Made by a program: the position numbers and the translations under genes
Notes under the pieces: generated by a model
Told to the model about the DNA's origin: nothing
Databases searched by the model: none
Seen by the model: only the letters and a program-made list of their open reading frames with translations
In this document: piece by piece, positions 52,712-62,532 of the stretch
Layout: each line of letters starts with the position of its first letter
How positions within the stretch are numbered: position 1 is the stretch's first letter
Source of the DNA: Sedimentisphaerales bacterium
GTDB lineage: Bacteria > Planctomycetota > Phycisphaerae > Sedimentisphaerales > SM23-30
Assembly: GCA_963663965.2 (NCBI GenBank)
Contig: CAXXFK010000040.1
Location: 128,365-192,364, forward strand
Direction: 5' to 3'
DNA: 64,000 nucleotides

Positions 52712-54226
52712 TTATAACTTTTCAAGGATATTCAGGGCTTCAATACAATCCTTATCGATAGCTATTGCTCTGTCCGCCGCGTGTTTTGCCCATACCCGCT
52801 TATTCAGATAGAATAAATTTTCTGCAATACCAGACCAGCACAACTGTGGCTTCCAAAATCCGGATTTTAATGCCTTAACATATTCTCGATAAGAGGCCTT
52901 ATATTGTTTTCCGGCCTTGAATATCGCACCCTTAATTTGATATATGGCCGCCTCATTAGAACCGATCTCTTCTGCCTTCTTGATATAAGTCAAAGCCTGA
53001 TCATATTCATTTTTCTCTAACATCAAATCCGAATATCCTATCCACCCATTAATATCTTCTGGAAAGTCATTGATTAATCGACAGTAGAGCGTTTCAATTT
53101 CGTTATAATAGGCGTCCTGATAAGGCAAACGAGATACCAATACATTGATATTCTGCTGGCTCGGCTTAATCTCAACAGCCTTTCTCATTAAAGCAAAACC
53201 TTTCTCTAATTGCCCTATCTCCCACAAAGTTGCACCGGCCACCTGCATCACCAAATCTTCGTCAAGAGCCCCTTTCACCTGATCGACAACCCGATTGATG
53301 ATGGTTTCATCCTTCGCCTTAACCGCGTCGATAGAGGCTTGGTAGAGCATCGCCAACTCAAAATCTTTCTGACACTGCGATTCATATTTAAGAAAAGGAT
53401 AGGCTTTTTCCAAATTGCCTTCTTCAAAATAATAAACGCCATACTGACAAGCGTCGGCTAATTCGTCTATATACTGACGGGTCACTTCCCCCCTTTTTCT
53501 TTTTGGAATTTCATGAAACAAAGAGCAGGCATGTTCATATTGTCCATCATTAAATAAAGCGATCGCTTTGAGCTTCAATAACTTATATGTATCGGGCAGA
53601 TCTATTTTATGACAGACCTCAAAACATCGAATAGCTTCTTTATGGCGCCCCTGCTGACTCAAAGCACGGCCAAGCCAATACACCGCGGAATCATAAAGCC
53701 CGGTATTGTCATTGATTGCAATTAAATCCGGCAAGGTGACTTCAGAATTGCCGGTATACACAGTTTTAATGCATCGTAAGACAATCCCTGCAGGGTTTGT
53801 TTTGTCTTGCAATATAAATTCGATTGCCTCGTCAGTCAGGCATTCAATGGCATTCCGCCATATTAGACACAATAAAAAAATGTCGTAAATAACCTTGTCA
53901 TGACTCTTACTATAAGCCTGATAAAAAGAGTGCTGCCAGTCATTTTTATCTTTCTGGCAAATCAAATAATAAATGCCTTGAGACACATCAGACAAACACT
54001 CCTCTCTCAAGGTCCATTTTCTGCCAGAGCCCACATCAAGATACTTCATATCATGATAAGTAATGGCGTCCATCAGACGGCCGATCATCGAATAAAACCA
54101 GCGACGGATCCCTATCCATGAAAACAATCGAATTTGGTTGCGAATCGCGCTTCGATAGAACCGATTCTTTTTACGACTGAAAAACAAAACCAGAGAATAA
54201 GCGGCTATTGTTTTTCTGTTGGTCAT
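52712..54226 (-). CDS. Tetratricopeptide-repeat protein, possible immunity protein
   Basis: YWLGRAL...EAIRCFE, YDQAL.YIKKA TPR motifs; start behind AAGGA (54277 is an alternative). Confidence 0.75.
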   Translation of the reverse strand: MTNRKTIAAYSLVLFFSRKKNRFYRSAIRNQIRLFSWIGIRRWFYSMIGRLMDAITYHDMKYLDVGSGRKWTLREECLSDVSQGIYYLICQKDKNDWQHSFYQAYSKSHDKVIYDIFLLCLIWRNAIECLTDEAIEFILQDKTNPAGIVLRCIKTVYTGNSEVTLPDLIAINDNTGLYDSAVYWLGRALSQQGRHKEAIRCFEVCHKIDLPDTYKLLKLKAIALFNDGQYEHACSLFHEIPKRKRGEVTRQYIDELADACQYGVYYFEEGNLEKAYPFLKYESQCQKDFELAMLYQASIDAVKAKDETIINRVVDQVKGALDEDLVMQVAGATLWEIGQLEKGFALMRKAVEIKPSQQNINVLVSRLPYQDAYYNEIETLYCRLINDFPEDINGWIGYSDLMLEKNEYDQALTYIKKAEEIGSNEAAIYQIKGAIFKAGKQYKASYREYVKALKSGFWKPQLCWSGIAENLFYLNKRVWAKHAADRAIAIDKDCIEALNILEKL

Positions 54227-55000
54227 CAGGCGATTTCCTTTCATAACTGAAGACGCCGTCATAAGTCCTTTGGCCATAATGTAATTAAGCCAGTAAAAAG
54301 CAAATCGTCACGTTTCAACTTTTTGACGCAGTCTTCATTCCTTACTTAAAAGTTGAAGTTGGTAATAATTACATCATCGGGATCACTTGTCGGCGGTGCA
54401 TTCACATTCCAACCTATAATAGGTGTCTGATTCCACGGATTGTTATCTATCGCATTCTGAAACTCATCTGGATGGTTTTTGACATATTCTATAAACTCTT
54501 TAATTTCTTTTTCACTTAAATCTAACTGTTGTAATATTGACACTAAATCATCGGTTGGATTAAAAGGATCACTATTTATTAATCGCACAATTTGCTCGAT
54601 TACTTTCCAAAACTTAGAGATGGTATTCGACACTTCGGTCTCACCACCATTTAAACCATCATAAGGACTCGGCTTGGGTGGCTGTGGTTTTGGAGAAGGT
54701 GGCATACTTGGACCAGGCCCCCCTCTGCCTGGTTGATGAGGCGGACGCCAAGATGGATTAGATCCAATAGGCATAGGCGCTACATATGGATCTAATGTTT
54801 GAATTGGTAATGGCTTTGGCTCAACCACATTACCAATTAAATCACCAATAAAGGGTTTGGGAGTAAGCGTTTCTGTAAAGGTAAAACAAAACACAACCCC
54901 ATCGGATCCCGCCCATTCACCGGATTATTATGGCAATAGGCATACAGATTCATCCCATCGCCGTAGTGAATCGGATCCGGCTGCATGAACCGTCCCAGCC

Positions 55001-55092
55001 CTTCAGTCGAAATCGCCCGTAACGCCGTGAGACGCATATTACCTCCACACCCCATCTTATCGCGCGACCAGAATAACAACACGCAATGCGTG
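55001..55092. repeat. Insert B, copy 2
   Basis: Matches 50175-50266 with a few substitutions. Confidence 0.9.
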
Positions 55093-55320
55093 TACATTCG
55101 AAGGCGGTAATAATACAGCCCCGTCTCCGCGTCATAACGCCGCCCGGTAAACAGGTACGGGTTCCCCACCGTCGATTCCGCCGCCACCGACCCATCCCAC
55201 GGCGTCAGCCAGTCCCCATCCGTCCCCGGCGAGGTTACGATGATAGGCGATCCAAACGCGTCATAATAATACCCTTCCACCACATCGCCCTCTTCATCGG
55301 TCAACATCATCACATTCCCA

Positions 55321-55413
55321 ACCGGCAGTGCCGGCGCCGATTGTGGTGAAAAAGAATTAGCGGCACGTCGGGCGTAAGGCAATTGGGCACGTATTCTTTT
55401 CGTAAAGGGCAAT
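55321..55413. repeat. Insert A, copy 2
   Basis: Identical to 52158-52250. Confidence 0.9.
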
Positions 55414-56330
55414 GGTCCTGATGATAATAATACCAACACTCCCCACCCCCATCGCAATCCACCATCGCCACCGGCAAATCGATGCCCGGGCCATACACAT
55501 ATTTCCTTATCAAAGAGCCGGTACCGTCGTATTCCGCCAGTACGCTAAACCCATTATACACAAATTCCGTCTCCTGCCCATCCACCGTCTTGCGTATCCG
55601 GCGGCCGAACAGATCAAATTCCATTCTTTATCTGTGTCCATCTGCTGTTCAAAATCTGCCTTTTACTTCCATCCATAATCTCTTTGTTTTCTTAACCAGT
55701 TTTTTTGCATCAGTGACAATAGGTTATTTTAAATCAACACCTTCTATCGCTTAGCGCCTTTCGTCAACTGTTGACACTGCCGGCGGTTACCCACCCTTTG
55801 CGACTCAGCGTCTTTGCGTTAAACCGGCTGTTTTTCTTAGTGGCTTCGCGGCTTCGTGTGAACGATTTCAATCCAACCTGTATTTCCATCGCTCCAATCG
55901 TAAAAAGATCAACCCCGCCCCCAGGCGGACTCCTTAAAACTCGATGATCACAAAACCATCCCGGCCGGCCACTCACCTGCCGGGCATCACAATCATTTTA
56001 CCATACCCAAAAACAATCACCCCAAAAATCTCCAAAATATTCAAAATTTTTTATCATATCTCAATACCCCCCCATCTGTCTCATTCGTCCCATTTGACCC
56101 ATATTCAATGAATTCAACATCGTAAGATCAAATATGTTTACTTTTAAAAATACATTATTATTTATTCGACTTTTAAACAACTCAACCTTATAATCCCAAT
56201 GTCGACCGAATACCGCCCAAACCACCCTCAGCAATATTTCTAAGGCCACAACATTTGGGCCTACCTGTATTGTGGCAACTTATAGATATATTGGACAGCC
56301 CAATACTATTAAGGTAGCCGACATAAAACC

Positions 56331-56490
56331 ATCCGCCTCAAGGCGGATACAAATAATATCTCGGAGACCGAAGGTCCGCCTCAGGAGGAGATCAAAAGCG
56401 CATAGCCCGCCAATTCATTGGCGGGAAACGATACTACTTACTACTTCCTGCTTGCTACTTTTATTAACCCACGCCTCGCAGAGGCGTACT
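56331..56490. repeat. Cluster of REP-like palindromes
   Basis: ATCCGCCTCAAGGCGGAT, TCCGCCTCAGGAGGA, CCCGCCAATTCATTGGCGGG, ACGCCTCGCAGAGGCGT. Confidence 0.55.
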
Positions 56491-56850
56491 GACAGGATTT
56501 CGCACCGGAGGCAAAAATAAAATATAAGCGCAGCGAACATCAACAAAAATACGAAACGAAGCCAACGACAAGAAATATGACATTAAATCAAATAATAATA
56601 ACTGCTTATGATAAGGATACGATTTTTAAAAAACTATAACAACAACCCGATAATCAACAGGTATTCACCTGCGTATGAATACCCGAAACCCGCTCTTTGA
56701 AAATCAAATACTCCGATCCACAAAGCAGGCCTGATATCGCGACAGATAACCGGCGCCAAACGAACCCAATCAAAAAAATACGGCGCGTATCTATATACAA
56801 TAAATATACTTACAAAACATTTTGCATTCCTCTTCCAATCGCCACTCCCT

Positions 56851-57651
56851 TCATTTACCCACCGCCACACTCCCCCCATCTTCTCCCTCAATAAACGCCA
56901 TCAACGCCGCCCCATACAACTCCCACAACTTCCCCGGCGTCAGCCGTTCATCATCACGCCTGAACTCAAGCGTTATAATTGGCACGCCCAATTCGTTCCC
57001 GACATACGATCCCATCGAACCCGGCCGTGATCCCAGCTTCTTAGCTGGCAATTCACACACTCCCGCCATCTTCTTCGCCAACCCTTCACCCGGCCCGTCC
57101 CAGTCAATACACGCCAGCGGTTGATGCAAGGTCAATATCCGCGTCGGCTGATATTTTGCCACCAGATCATGCAACACCTGCGATTCCGGTTCCGATAACG
57201 CGTTTAATCCATACCGCTCCTTATCAACCCGGTTCCCCGCCGGAAAATTACGGTTCAGATCCACCCCATTGGCGTTCCCCCTCGTTCCATGCACCCGCCC
57301 ATCCGGGTTCGCCTCCGGAACAATCACGACCCGCACTTTATCCAGCAAAGCGTTATCAGACAACAGCTTATACTCCAACTCCTTAACCAGCGGTGTCCCG
57401 GCCCACTCATTCCCATGAATCGTCGCCACCACCATCACCACCTCACTCCCATGGCCGATATTCACGGTTTCAATAGCCCGGCCTTCGATAGACCGACCGG
57501 CACTGACCCGGTAGCTCCTCAACATTATCCCGGTTTCACCTGGAGCACTCTTTCTCGACGCACACCCGGATATCATCAAAACCACCAGAATAAGTAAAAA
57601 TATATTTAACTTCAAGCAATTCATTCTCATAACTAATTGATAATCATTCAT
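56851..57651 (-). CDS. M14-family murein peptide amidase A-like lipoprotein
   Basis: HGNE, NPDG, NANGVDLNRNFP, LHQPL, ITLE; lipobox ISGC. Confidence 0.85.
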   Translation of the reverse strand: MNDYQLVMRMNCLKLNIFLLILVVLMISGCASRKSAPGETGIMLRSYRVSAGRSIEGRAIETVNIGHGSEVVMVVATIHGNEWAGTPLVKELEYKLLSDNALLDKVRVVIVPEANPDGRVHGTRGNANGVDLNRNFPAGNRVDKERYGLNALSEPESQVLHDLVAKYQPTRILTLHQPLACIDWDGPGEGLAKKMAGVCELPAKKLGSRPGSMGSYVGNELGVPIITLEFRRDDERLTPGKLWELYGAALMAFIEGEDGGSVAVGK

Positions 57652-57813
57652 AACTATCCTTGGCTTAAATCAGTACTAATTCAAGATTTACAAAGCACCG
57701 AACCCCATCATGGGGTTTTCCGGCCGCCAAACTTCTTTGATTAATATTATTTACTAAAATACCCCTCTTATACGGACGATAAACAACATGAGATATATTT
57801 TTTAAGGATCTGA

Positions 57814-59640
57814 ATGGAGATCAAGGAAAAAAATAGAAAAGTTCTGGTTGTTGATGACAACCAAACCAATTTAGCATTAATCAAGGTTTATCTTGAACAG
57901 ATGGGGCTCGAAGTCTACATGGCTCAGGAAGCCCACAGCGGCCTTGAAATCGCCATGGAAGAACGTCCGGACCTCATTTTGCTCGACATCATGATGCCGG
58001 TAATGGATGGCATCGAGATGTGCAAACGGCTCAAAGCCGATCCACGCACCGTGATGATTCCCGTTATCTTTGTTACCGCCAAAGATCAAAGCCAGGACAA
58101 AATCTCCGGACTTAAATCCGGCGCAGTCGATTACATCACCAAACCATTTAATCCCAACGAACTCAAAACCCGCATCAATGTCATTCTGCAAATGATCGAA
58201 CTGCAGGAAAAACTCCTGGATCAGGCCAATACCGACGAATTGACCGGATTGGCCAACCGCCGTCATTTCTTCAAATTACTCGAACGGGAAATCCTGCAAT
58301 CCGAAATTAAGGGCACCAACCTCACCATTATCATGATCGATGTCGATCATTTCAAAAGCATCAACGACAACTACGGCCATCTCGGTGGCGATGCCGTTCT
58401 CAAACAGATGGCCAATATCATCCGCGAAAACATCTACCCTCTCGACGTGGCCGCTCGATACGGTGGCGAAGAATTCGTCATTCTCATGCCCTCAACCCCC
58501 GCCGATATCGCTTATCAGGCCGCGGAAAAACTCCGTCGCAAAATCGAAACATGTAACTGGAAAATTTCTGCCGATCATATCAAAATCACCGCCAGCATGG
58601 GTGTCACTACCATGGATAATAATATCCTGGTCAGTTCTTACGACCTGATCAAAAGAGCTGACAACGCCCTTTATATGGCTAAACGAGAAGGACGCAATCG
58701 GGTGGTCGTCTGGAAAGGCGAAACAACAATCGACCTGGATACCGAAGATAGCGGCCAGAATATCTATAAATTAAAATCCCAGGTCAGCCACCTCGCCGAA
58801 CAACTTAAAATGCAGGCGCTGGGTACGGTTACTGCCCTGGCCAAAACGCTCGAGGCGCGCGATCCCTTTACCGCTAACCAGGCTGAACATGTCCAGATTT
58901 ATGTCAATGCCATCGCCGAACAGATGAATTTATCCCATGACCAGAATGAACAGATATGCAATGCGGCCTTGCTGCATGATCTCGGTATGATTGGCATTCC
59001 GGATGAAATTCTGTCTAAAATTGGGGACTTAAGCCAGGATGAACGCGAAACCATCAAACAACACCCGATTATTGGCGCCCAGATTCTCAATCCGATCGGC
59101 TTTTTTGAAAAAGAAGTACAAATTATCCGTCATCACCATGAAAATTATGATGGAACCGGCTATCCCGATCACCTGAAAGCCAAAAAAATCCCCTTTGGCG
59201 CCCGGGTTCTGGCAGTGGCCATCGCCTTTGATGCCATGACCTCCGATCGCTGGCATCGGGAAGCCCTGACTCGCCAACAGGCCCTGGATGAAATTCAGAA
59301 ATGTTCCGGAAAGCAATTTGATCCCGAAATTGTCTCCGCATTTTTAAATGCCTGCGTGCAGGCAGGGGATCTATGGCCTCTGTCAGAAATAGAAACCTTT
59401 AATGCGGCCAATTGCTGGGAAGTTAATAAATGCGAAAGAATCCCAAAAGGAAAAAAATCCCTGACCCAGGGAATCTGTCCAGCATACCCCCATAACGGCA
59501 AACATTGCTGGGAAACTGTCGGCACCATGGCGTCAACTCCCGACCAGCATTGTCCTCAGGCGCTTGAATTGGGTGATTGCACGCTATGTAATGTTTATCG
59601 CCGATTCAGGTACCCCCTGTTGATCAGACAGAAGAACTAA
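57814..59640 (+). CDS. Response regulator-GGDEF-HD-GYP protein with a C-terminal Cys-rich (two-CW-like) domain
   Basis: VVDD...LLDIMMP...KP; RYGGEEF; HDLG...HHENYDGTGYP; NCWE...CPAY...HCWE...C..C. Confidence 0.92.
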   Translation: MEIKEKNRKVLVVDDNQTNLALIKVYLEQMGLEVYMAQEAHSGLEIAMEERPDLILLDIMMPVMDGIEMCKRLKADPRTVMIPVIFVTAKDQSQDKISGLKSGAVDYITKPFNPNELKTRINVILQMIELQEKLLDQANTDELTGLANRRHFFKLLEREILQSEIKGTNLTIIMIDVDHFKSINDNYGHLGGDAVLKQMANIIRENIYPLDVAARYGGEEFVILMPSTPADIAYQAAEKLRRKIETCNWKISADHIKITASMGVTTMDNNILVSSYDLIKRADNALYMAKREGRNRVVVWKGETTIDLDTEDSGQNIYKLKSQVSHLAEQLKMQALGTVTALAKTLEARDPFTANQAEHVQIYVNAIAEQMNLSHDQNEQICNAALLHDLGMIGIPDEILSKIGDLSQDERETIKQHPIIGAQILNPIGFFEKEVQIIRHHHENYDGTGYPDHLKAKKIPFGARVLAVAIAFDAMTSDRWHREALTRQQALDEIQKCSGKQFDPEIVSAFLNACVQAGDLWPLSEIETFNAANCWEVNKCERIPKGKKSLTQGICPAYPHNGKHCWETVGTMASTPDQHCPQALELGDCTLCNVYRRFRYPLLIRQKN

Positions 59641-59771
59641 CGAATACCCCGAATGGGCCGACCATGAAGTAAATTTTTTAGAAATTTTCGCTTGATTTTT
59701 CCATCCAGTATAGTATCATTCCTTCTTCTATCAGCGTTAGTAAAAACTAACAAATAAAAAATTGAATATAG

Positions 59772-59845
59772 GGGGCCGTAGCTCAATTGGTTAGAGCATC
59801 GGACTGTCGATCCGAAGGTTGCGAGTTCGAGCCTCGTCGGCCTCG
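59772..59845 (+). tRNA. tRNA-Asp(GTC), CCA not encoded
   Basis: Acceptor GGGGCCG/CGGCCTC; D-arm AGCTCAATTGGTTAGAGC; anticodon arm TCGGA-CTGTCGA-TCCGA; TTCGA T-loop. Confidence 0.97.
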
Positions 59846-59859
59846 TTGTAAAGTTTTGT

Positions 59860-59893
59860 CCTGTAAGTCTTTATGGCTTGCAGGGCTTTTTTT
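59860..59893 (+). terminator. Intrinsic terminator after the tRNA
   Basis: CCTGTAAGTC-loop-GGCTTGCAGG followed by a T-tract. Confidence 0.75.
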
Positions 59894-59931
59894 ATTTCCA
59901 AATACAACGACACGCGTCGCAATTTTGCGCA

Positions 59932-60978
59932 TTATACCGTAATATCGGGTAAAATGCCAACCGCTTTTCTGGCTGGCTCCGATAGTGGCCCGGTGTAATA
60001 CTCTCGATTTACTTGTGAAGATTTATGTCCCAGGACCTGCATAGCGGCCAGTTGATCAATTCCGGCCTCAAGGATCAAGTGATTGCAGCTCCTTCGCAGG
60101 TCATGAAGGGTACAACGGTCGATTCTGGCGGCCTTTACGGCTGCGTCGAACCATTTCCGCTGTGACCAGTATTCAGCTTGGGGGTTGACAAAGATATAGT
60201 CGTTAACCGCGTCCTGCTGCATCTCTGACAATAGGACCTTGGTTTCCGGCCGCATAGGAACCACGCGGGATACTCCGGTTTTAGTCTGGTGGGTGTCCCG
60301 GTTGATGATATGGATCCGATCGTTATGGTAGTCGATATCCATCCACTTCAGCCAAAAGACTTCACCTTTACGCATCCCGGCATAAAATGCCAGGCAAACA
60401 ACTGCCTTCTGTTTTATGCTGGTCAGGGCTGCAAATAACCGGGCTATCTCCGTGGCGGTTAGTATCCGGTTATGCTGCGGATCGGTATCGATTTTAATCT
60501 TGCGGCCGATTAGTGGATTACTGGATAAAAGACCGTCTCTTACTGCATAAGATAGTACCGCGCGGACGGTCCGGGTCCACTTATTAATAGTGGATTTGGC
60601 ATATCCAGCTTTTAATCCTGCATCAATAAACCGGTCGATCATTTTGGCATCGACATTATCCAACCGTTGCGGATTGCAAAACTCAACCAGTTTTTCCAAC
60701 GCCTCTTTATGGCTCTGGATGCTGCTGGCTCTGATCCGGTCGCGAATAGCCTTTTCACGATTCTTAATATGCTGCTCTATGAACTTGTCAAAGGGCAACC
60801 TGCTGGTAAAAATGCCGTCTCGAATTTCCTTGCTGACCATGCTGCAAAACTGTCTTGCTTCTACCAGGTCATGAAAAGTTTTGCAATGACATCTACTGCT
60901 TAACTTATTTATCCATCGGACACAATACGAACGCTTGCGGTCTTTCCGCTTTCTTTCAATAATCCAGGCTCTAGCCAT
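59932..60978 (-). CDS. Tyrosine recombinase / phage integrase
   Basis: AGMRKGE, TKT, HDLRR, LGH, Y catalytic residues; start MARAWI overlaps the xis stop codon. Confidence 0.95.
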   Translation of the reverse strand: MARAWIIERKRKDRKRSYCVRWINKLSSRCHCKTFHDLVEARQFCSMVSKEIRDGIFTSRLPFDKFIEQHIKNREKAIRDRIRASSIQSHKEALEKLVEFCNPQRLDNVDAKMIDRFIDAGLKAGYAKSTINKWTRTVRAVLSYAVRDGLLSSNPLIGRKIKIDTDPQHNRILTATEIARLFAALTSIKQKAVVCLAFYAGMRKGEVFWLKWMDIDYHNDRIHIINRDTHQTKTGVSRVVPMRPETKVLLSEMQQDAVNDYIFVNPQAEYWSQRKWFDAAVKAARIDRCTLHDLRRSCNHLILEAGIDQLAAMQVLGHKSSQVNREYYTGPLSEPARKAVGILPDITV

Positions 60979-61192
60979 TAGTTGCCTCGCTTCCTGCATG
61001 GCTGGCGCTGGACACGACGCAATTGTTAATATACACCAACAGGTCATTTTCAGTAAAGCGAATTTCTCGGCCATACTTACGATAAGGAAGCTTGCCTGTT
61101 CGTACCGCCCATTTCAATGTCGATACTTTCAGGTCGATCATCTGTGAAACTTGCTCGTATGTATAGAGTTTTGGTAACAAAAAGTCATCCAT
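60971..61192 (-). CDS. Excisionase-like HTH_17 DNA-binding protein
   Basis: LYTYEQVSQM...TL.WAVR.GKLP..K.G..IRF...DL; start at MDDFLL (61267 is an alternative). Confidence 0.85.
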   Translation of the reverse strand: MDDFLLPKLYTYEQVSQMIDLKVSTLKWAVRTGKLPYRKYGREIRFTENDLLVYINNCVVSSASHAGSEATNG

Positions 61193-61263
61193 ATTGTCAA
61201 TACCGTGATGGACCCCAGCGAACGCGAACACACCAGGGTCCACCAGAAAGTTAGAAAAAGAAA

Positions 61264-62530
61264 TCATGCTCCGTAGTTGCAGTATCCGGCGCGATAGTCG
61301 CCAACACAGGCGGCCACGACATGCCTGACTTTATACTGATAGGTATCGTTTTCAAAGGTGCTTTGCTGTTCCAGAGTCGGCGCGGTAACACCATTTAGGA
61401 ACCAAATCAGAACCAACGGACGGATCCGCGGATCAACGGCCAGATACCACATTGTTGAGGATGATTCATCAAGCAATGGATGGATGATCTTGAATAATTT
61501 CCCCTTCCAGGTGTTCACCTTGTCGGTGTCGGCCGGGTCCTTATCCTGTTCAATTAGGTCGTCGATATTAGGCTCCAATGCTGCCGGGCCAATGAAGACG
61601 GCTGGCATCAAATTCAGGTAGGCATGGTCGCCCAGTCCCATCTGTTTACGCATTGCCAACCGTCCGGCGTTCAGGGTGGCAATCGAAGGTGCTGCACCTG
61701 ATCCGCTGGCAACATAATTGCCATGACTGGCATGGAATAAGTTGATCGAGTCTTCGCCGATTACCGCGTTGCTGGTTAGTATCCCCAAAGCTAAAGTATC
61801 TTCGAGTCGTCGCGCGGCCTGTGCTTGCTTCCGTGGGATTTCATCGAAAGCGTTCAGGTTATCATTTATCATAGATTCCCAGGTGAAACCGAACATCTTG
61901 CCATATTTAGCAAGTGTTACCGTTTCGGCTGCATCTTCCATGGTGGCGTAGGTGTATTCACCTGCCGGATTGATTTTTTCCAGCGATTCAAACTCGGTGG
62001 TGTTGATAACACTTTGCTCTTTGAAATTCATTGCTGAACGCTTCACGCCAAACAACGGCCATACCGGATCGAGTTCAATATAATTTGCCATCAACGATCT
62101 ATGCATCGCGCCTGATAAAACATTAGGAAGGCTGACCGTACTGGTCCCGGACCGGGTTTTAACAATTCCCAACAACCGGCTGGCCGAAGCATCCCGCGCC
62201 TCGGGGACACCGGCGGCCATATATAACCGTCTGATCATTTCGAGTAAAGGAAGTTCAGACATCGCCGGGTTGCCGGGCTGACGGGTCATCGGGCGGCCGT
62301 CGTTGTTACGAACGATTTCGCCTCGGTGGTCCGTCTTATATAAAGAAACACCGGCGCGCTCCAAAATAGCGTCAGTCATATCATTTACGATAGCCTCGTT
62401 TCGATCTCTGGTCGGGCCGAAAGTGTGGGTATGAATGTTGGGTTGATTTGAAGATCTGGACTGAACATAAGCAAGTGTGCGTTGTCTTGCCGTCTCGACG
62501 TCGATACCTTCACGTATCCACTCGTCGCGG
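61264..62530 (-). CDS. Phage major capsid protein (Mu gpT-like / protease-capsid fusion type), 5'-truncated
   Basis: GEY.Y....AE...LAKYGK.F..TWES.INDNL.AF..IP; LFHA.HGN; AMRKQ; WYL..DP; FLNG..AP; KVRH..A...DYR...N.GA. Confidence 0.88.
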
Positions 62531-62532
62531 GT

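Larger units (their letters stand above)
54346..55624 (-). pseudogene. Orphan Rhs module 3 (inserts A and B; further frameshift after DPMGL; Pro-rich CT)
   Basis: ORFs 55310-55624, 54837-55457 and 54346-54894 together form one core+CT. Confidence 0.85.
59846..62530 (-). mobile_element. tRNA-Asp-integrated phage-derived element (satellite-like or decayed prophage), truncated on the right
   Basis: int-xis-capsid next to the tRNA 3' end; the second att site is not in the window. Confidence 0.75.

Noticed and set aside
48788..55656. Repeated Rhs cores as a possible DGR template/variable repeat pair or CRISPR array
   Set aside because: No reverse transcriptase or cas gene, differences are not adenine-specific, and there is no repeat-spacer periodicity
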